Shown here piece by piece: positions 57,481 through 64,000 of a stretch of DNA of 64,000 bases. This DNA is from Amphiscolops sp. MND2022 (Eukaryota): positions 59,336,001 through 59,400,000 of the forward strand of contig OZ076409.1 of the NCBI GenBank assembly GCA_964187785.1, written 5' to 3'. A model generated the notes under the pieces. The model was given only the letters and a program-made list of their open reading frames with translations, was not told where the DNA came from and searched no databases. Position numbers and translations under genes: made by a program. Numbering within the stretch: position 1 is the stretch's first letter; every line of letters starts with the position of its first letter.

Positions 57481-60400
57481 ATGACAGAAGACAACAAAAT
57501 CGAAGTACCGAATTTTGAAGCCACCTCAGACGGAAAGAGAATATTTACACCGAAGCAATGGCTTGAAAGATTTCGGCAATATACAAAGAGGAAACACAAG
57601 ATGGACATTACCGAACTGATACGGGGAGCCGAAATGACACAAACCGGTTGGTCCGGAAAAGAAACAGAAATCCAAGAAGACTTCATATGGGGAATCGGCC
57701 CCGAAGCATTATACCAAATGACACGGGCAGAATATAAAACCGAACCTGACAAAATAGCGGTAAAAGACTTGATCCGATTATTCAATGAATACTTCCTACC
57801 GAAACGAAACACCTATCATAACCGGGGAGAATTCTTCTGGACAAGACAAACCGAATCCGAGACACCAGAAGACTTTTGGCGGCGATTGATAGAAATAGAA
57901 AAAGAATGTGCATTTGAAGGAATAACAGCCTAAGATTTATTGATTTCAAAATTCATGACCGCAATTACGGACACGAAACTTCGGGATAAACTAATGAAAG
58001 AAAAGAAACTCGAACTGAAAAAGACAATCGAAATGATTAAACAGAACACATATGAAAGAAAGAATCGAAAAAACACAATACCGGAAGCCTTGATTTCACA
58101 TCGAGAAAAAGAAATAAAAGAAGAACCGATACAGAGAATGGAAAAATCTGATACAAGACCAAAGAACAAATTCACAAATGAGAAACCATGCAAATTCTGC
58201 AACGCACCGAACTGGAACCCCACTCACAAATGCCCGGCATTGGGAAAACTTTGCAACAACTGCGGAAAGAAGGGACACTTCGCACGGGTATGCAGACAAA
58301 GAGATAACTACAAACGCAAAGTACGCAATGTGACCGAAGAAGATTCGGAAATAATTGGAGGAGAAACCGACGAATCAGAAACAAGCATACACAGAATTGA
58401 AAGAATAAATAGAATTACCGACAGAAACAAATGCCTGACAGCCGTGGTGAAAGTAAACGGTATTGAAAAAGAATTCATAGTGGATACCGGATCACCAATT
58501 TCAATAATGCCCGTGGATGAGAAAATACTGAAACAAACCGAGATACAAAAAGTGAAACAACGGTACCAAGATGTAAATAAAAACGAAGTGAAATTCCGGG
58601 GGAAGATACCGGCAAATATCGAATATGAGAACAACAAACAAAAAATGCAAATTCTAATTACCGAAAGAAATGACATTACACCATTACTCGGAATGGATTG
58701 GATGAAAACGTTCAACCTGACAATCGGAAACATCCGAACGGAAGACACCAACCAATCGGAAAAGAGACGAGTGATCGAAAAGTTCCCAGACTTATTCAAG
58801 AACAACACCACAATAAAAGATACCGAAATAAATATTCAACTGAAACCGGGACACTATCCGGTGAAACAAAAAGCAAGACCGATTCCATTACATCTACAAG
58901 AGGAGGTCGGAAAAGAACTAGAAAAATTAATAAAATCCGGACACCTGGAAAAAGTAAAACACGTAGATGAAGATTGCTTTGTTTCACCGGTAGTAATCAC
59001 AGTAAAAAACGATAAATCGGTCAAAATAGCACTGGATTCAAGAAAACTAAATGACAGCTGTATAAAAATCCGGCCGCACATGCCGAACATGGAAGAATTA
59101 CTGAACCAAATTTCGGTGGAAATCACAAGAGACCGAACAAGTGAACTGAATATCTCGAAAATTGACCTCGATTACGCATACGGCCAAATGAAATTATCAA
59201 AAGAAACTAGCCGACAATGCGTATTCGCAATAACGGGAGGAAACTTCAGTGGATATTATAGATTTAAAAAAGGGTTTTACGGTCTTGCCGATATCCCCAC
59301 AATATTCCAAGAAAAAATTGACCGAACACTAGAATACTCCACACCGGCATGGCTGGACGACATCATAGTGGTAACCCGGGGTAGCCGAAAAGAACACGAG
59401 AAGAAATTATTCGATATACTGAAAAAACTGGAGAATGCAGGATACCGAGCAAGCGAAAGGAAATCCGAATTCTTCTTAAACAAAACAAAATGGCTGGGAC
59501 ATGAGATTGATGAAATGGGAATTAAACCGAATAAAGAAAAAGTGAAAGCAATACTGGAATTAAAACACCCGGAAAATCAGAAACAACTGAAATCATTTCT
59601 CGGTGCTATTCAATATCTCGCAAAATTTCTACCAAGATTATCGGAAAGAACGGAAAGACTCCGAAAACTTCTTAAGAAAGATTCTACGTGGAATTGGGGA
59701 GAACAACAAAATGAAGATTTTGACAACATAAAGAAAATGCTAACCGAGGAACCTTGCCTGGCACACTATGCAAAAGATCGAGAAAATATAGTGACAACCG
59801 ATGCAAGCAAAACCGGACTCGGAATTACATTATGGCAAAAACAGTCGGATGGAGAAATTAAACCGATAGCTTTCGGTAGCAGATATTTAAACGATAGTGA
59901 GAAGAATTACTCAATCGGAGAACTAGAATTACTTGCAGTTGTCTGGGGTTTAGAAAAGTTCCGATTTTATTTATACGGAAGGAAAGTCTTTCTTTACACA
60001 GACCACCAAGCGCTCGAACCTTTGATAAAAAGGAACCGATGTAATAGACAATACAGCGCAAGACTAACCAGATGGTTAGACCGGCTTGCGCACTTCGATA
60101 TAGCTATTCAACACATCGCAGGAAGTAATTTAAAGTTTACCGACTTCCTAAGTAGAAATCCGGTAGAAAACGCAACAACCGAGGACGTATACGATGAGCA
60201 ATACGTAATTAACATCCTTTCAGAACAAGCCGAGTTGAATAGAAAATACGGACAAATATTCGCCGACCAATCACAAAACGCGACGCAAAGAACAAAAACG
60301 ACCGAAATTAATTCTAACGACCAATCACAGCGGAATAGAACATTCGAGAAAAACCGAGACGTGAACAAAAAGCGCGAACAAACGAAACTCATTGTAAACA

Positions 60401-62529
60401 ATCGACGACAAAAAGTTCAAGCGGAAAGCCATACCCGAAAATCAAAATCAAATTTAAATTCAAATTCAAACTCCAAATCAAACCGAACTTTCTTACAAAA
60501 TTTACCTTTATTTAAGACCGAAATGGACCGGGACTACTTTCACTGGGGCGCGACAGCGGAAATAATGGAAATAATCCGGAAAAGGAGAAAGAGCCCAGAG
60601 ACACTCAGACTGGTAGAAAGACGTCTAGAGATTTCCCGACCCGGAACGATGAGAAGAAAATTCGACATGAATGCTCAAAGACAAATATGGGTCCCCTCAA
60701 GGCCAAACAAAAGAAGCAGGGAGGAAATTGCCACGATAGACGGCGAACTATTGTCACGGGCAAACCGATTTGGGGGAGGATACAGACCCTTAGAAGAAAG
60801 AACCGAAGAAGTAGAAGAACAAGAAACGCAACAACCGGAGATATTAGAAGATGCCGAACCCGAAAGCGAAGGTGAGAGCCAAGTAATCCGGGGCGATAAC
60901 TTCCCAATCGTCGACCTGAAGGCATACAACACCGAAGGGAAAGAAGCTCAATTCATACAGATCAACCAAGTGATCGATAAAATCACCGGAAACAAAAAAT
61001 CAACCGAAGAAACAATTAAAAAAGCCGAATTCAATTTCATGCTCGACCTCAAAACCCTGATAGCAAAGTCAACCACGGATGCGGAACTGAATAGAGTCAG
61101 AGACGCAATGAGACGAAATGAAAAGAACACGGCCCCAGAAGCATACCGAACAACATTTGAGAAACTGAGCAACAAGTGGGGACTAACCTTTAATGACGAC
61201 CGAATAATCGTGCCAACGGAGCTGAGAAGGAAGCTATTAGAAACACTGCACTTCGGTCACGCCGGATATACAAAGATGGCAGCGGAAGCCAAAATATTCT
61301 GGTGGCCAAATATGCAGAAAGAGATCGAGGAGAAAACAAAAAACTGCGTGGCATGCATGGCATCTGGTAAGAATTTAAAATACCAAATACCGAAACGCGA
61401 ATCCGGAAAGCTGAAAACACTAACGGAACCGGGACAAGAAATTCAAATAGACTTTTCCGGAAAATTAAACAACAAAAAATTAAACGGAGAACATCAAATT
61501 TTAATCGCGGTAGACAGATTCAGTAAATGGCCAACCGCGAAAATTTGTAAATCAGCGGAAACTAAAGAAGTCATAAACTTCCTGAAACAAAATTTTAACT
61601 TATACGGATTACCGGAGAAAATAAAAACGGACAAAGGCGGAGCGTTTATTTCAAAAGAATACAAAGAATTTTGCAAATCGAAAAACATTGAAATTGAATA
61701 TAGTACACCGAGACTTCATACCGGTACGGGAGCAATAGAACGCGCAATACAAACGTTGAAGAATTTAATTATTACCAACCTAGAAGAAAACATATGTCTA
61801 ACCGAATGTGTAAATAGAGCGCTAAACGTGATGCGCTTTACAATACATACGGGAATGAAAATCACGCCATTCGAATTACATCACGGTCGTAAACCGAGAA
61901 CCGAATTAACGAATGTAATTAAAGACGGAAGGTCGTTCCTCTCTAACTGGTCGGAATTACCTGTTTCAGCAAGCAACAGACCGAAGATTCCAATTTACAT
62001 TACCAGAAATGGTGATGGAGAAGTGTCAAACCATCTCGTTATGGCCCGAACCAAAAGTGAGGAAAAAGCGCTAACCGAAAAATCTCCGAAGAAGAAAAAT
62101 CCGAAAGAGAAGAGAGCAGCACCGAAAATCGGAGACAACATCACTCCAAAAAACCGCCATTGCCTCAGAGGAGTCGACGGCAAGTATATACAATGGAATG
62201 AAATCCTGCGAGACGTACTCAACGGAAAGCTAAAAATCATTCCGAACCCGAAGACCGGATCAGACTCGGAAAGCGAGGAAGGCGAGATAGATGAGGACGA
62301 GAGCGATTTCGAAAATCACGATACCTCCGAAAAAGACGGCCGCTACCAACCCATAACAACATCCCCCGAGGATGAATTGAACCTGCATACCGACGGCGAA
62401 CTAAACACCGGTGAGACAAAATTTAAAATTAATACAACCGAGAATGAAGGAATAAGACGGTCAAACCGTGAAAGTAAACAACCGAATAGATACGGGGGAG
62501 TCACATATACAAAACACTTTTGGACATAA
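57481..62529 (+). CDS. gag-pol: Gag-Pol polyprotein, one frame interrupted by a single TAA at 57931-57933
   Basis: ORFs 57481-57933 and 57940-62529 share a frame. Motifs: CKFC..H.C and CNNCGKKGHFARVC knuckles; protease VDTGS; RT KIDLDYAYGQ and WLDD; RNase H TDAS, ELELLA, YTDH; integrase HFGH..CVAC, IDF, KTDKG, IER. Confidence 0.93.
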
Positions 62530-62667
62530 ATTTAATATATAAATCTTTTACAGGCGAACAGTGGAACACCAGAAAAGAGCCCCCGAAACCATTGACGAAA
62601 CCAGCAGATTTCATCCGGGAGAAAACACCGACCCCGGGACCATCGAAACAGTAAGCAGAAGAAGCAT

Positions 62668-62680
62668 AGAGGAGAGGGAA
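62668..62680 (+). other. Polypurine tract
   Basis: AGAGGAGAGGGAA immediately before the 3' LTR. Confidence 0.9.
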
Positions 62681-62927
62681 TGTTATACGGTGCAATACCG
62701 AACCGATTCCTTCGGTTGACAATGTCAATCAAACTTTGATCTTACATAGCCCTAAATGAGATTTATGTTTATATATATTTGTAAACATTGTGCTAGATCT
62801 TTCGTGCTAGAAATACATCATTTAGTTACCATTGAAACTAGAGAAAAGATCGTTTTGACATTGCTTTCTGTTCAAAGACATATTTTACAAAACATCGTTT
62901 TTTACTACCTAACCAAGCGATAGAACA
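62681..62927 (+). repeat. 3' LTR
   Basis: Direct repeat of 57177-57423. Confidence 0.97.
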
Positions 62928-64000
62928 ATAACTCCCCATATACACCTTGTTTCTTATCCCCCCAACAAGTTGTTTCGACACTTAAAGCAAACATTTCCAT
63001 TACCAAAGGAGTTTTTGATAATTTTCTGACAAAAAAGCAAAAATTTCCACTGGAGCAAGCTTGAATTGTATTGTGAAGCCCCTGTAAGTAGTTCCACCGG
63101 TAGGACTGAAAATATACCATTGCTTAAAAAGCGTCTTGATGAGTTGATTGAATGCAATTAACTTTTTGACTCAATTTTGGTGTCAAAAGGAAACTTGTTT
63201 TTAAGATCTCATTTTTATAATTAAGTAATTGTATAATTCAAATGATATCTTTTGGTGAACGCTGTTATTTTAATCAATACGACGAAATTTCCGACGACGA
63301 ATTTTCTGACGACGAAATTTCTGGATTTGCTAATACGACGAAATTTCTTACGACGAAATTTCCGCCTCCCATCAAAAAGTATTTCCAAGGCGTCCGTCAA
63401 GGTACTTGGATGTTTTTAGTTTTCTTGTGTATTAATAAAACGGTTCTTCTAAAACTCAAGCGTAGCTAAACACGTTTCGCATTAAAGCGTTCAAATTTTG
63501 CGTTAAAATTTCATGAATAAAAATTGGCATTTTTGGCTTATGAGCACATTTTAAAAAATAAATTCAGGTTTCTTCCCTTCAAAAGTAACTTATTCAAAGG
63601 ATCGATGGATTTGTTGTTAAACGCTGTGGACATTCTAGCCGACAAAAACAATCAAAAGCTGTGCAGTTATGTCATTTTCATCATTTTTGAATTTTTCAAA
63701 TCAACTATCTAAAAAAATCATCACTAGTTTTGAAATTTACTGGTTTATATCTGTTAATTTATTGTTTTTCCGTAGAGTTTCACGGTTTACGGATATCTAA
63801 TGGAAACAGATGATGAAAAACAACAAATTCCTTCAATTATTGATCATTAGGAGGTTTGATTCTAGTACATTTGAGAAAGAAAGTGTAACGATAAGCGCTG
63901 GCGCTTGAACCGCAACGTAGAGTGGAGGAACTAGAACAGCGAATATAATCCGGGACTTAGATCTCCGCGGCCCTAGCTCATTTTCCCTCCGAAGGAGCCA

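Larger units (their letters stand above)
57177..62927 (+). mobile_element. Full-length Ty3/gypsy LTR retrotransposon, Mag-like
   Basis: Two 247-bp LTRs (TG...CA), 5-bp TSD ATAAC (57172-57176, 62928-62932), PBS, PPT, domain order gag-PR-RT-RH-IN; two Cys/His knuckles in Gag and a single gag-pol frame as in Mag-group elements. Confidence 0.97.
56921..63370. mobile_element. Mutator/foldback-like element (~0.7 kb) split by the LTR retrotransposon
   Basis: 15-bp AAATTTCGTCGTC(G/A)G tandem repeats at 56925-57027 and their reverse complement at 63279-63365; related short piece at 1918-1980. No TSD found. Confidence 0.55.

Noticed and set aside
57931..57933. Alternative genetic code (TAA/TAG read as sense), suggested by this stop and the GPCR TAG
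   Set aside because: More than 1500 downstream codons and all GPCR exons contain no other TAA/TAG, and the polyprotein ends in TAA; reassignment would leave many.
62060..62140. Possible internal deletion in the integrase C-terminus (no GPY/F module recognisable)
   Set aside because: Cannot be told from natural divergence without sibling copies.
57432..62732. Many antisense ORFs within the gypsy element
   Set aside because: Shadow ORFs of the A-rich gag-pol frame; no independent motifs.
63884..64000. TGTAACG plus a GC shift as the start of another LTR
   Set aside because: Cut by the window edge; no second terminus, TSD or PBS to support it.

Overview
AT-rich, repeat-dense animal (eukaryotic) genomic DNA, not prokaryotic; the taxon cannot be fixed from sequence alone. 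The only host protein gene I can support is the 3' half of a minus-strand class A (rhodopsin-like) GPCR. It has four phase-compatible exons (41048-40754, 40287-40147, 38783-38600, 24201-23919) encoding a long third intracellular loop plus TM6-TM7 (NPLIY); TM1-5 exons were not found and probably lie beyond the right edge. A full-length, structurally intact SRP (7SL) RNA lies in its last intron. The rest is layered transposon DNA. (1) A very young Ty3/gypsy (Mag-like) element at 57177-62927, with apparently identical 247-bp LTRs, ATAAC TSD, tRNA-Ser PBS, WLDD RT motif, one in-frame stop in gag and an unexplained ~280-aa segment between RNase H and integrase. (2) Two unusually long LTRs that themselves contain decayed reading frames: 2290-4186, preceded by a PPT and a TARG1/OARD1-like macrodomain ORF, and solo LTR 8402-9659. 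(3) About a dozen Helentron/DINE-1-type non-autonomous elements. (4) Tc1/mariner remnants, MULE-like and CACTA-like MITEs, a diverged ~185-bp tandem array and a local duplication. The best candidates for undescribed biology are the protein-coding cargo carried in or next to LTRs, the inserted Pol domain, and a possible read-through tail of the GPCR. All family assignments are by eye and need HMM/BLAST confirmation.
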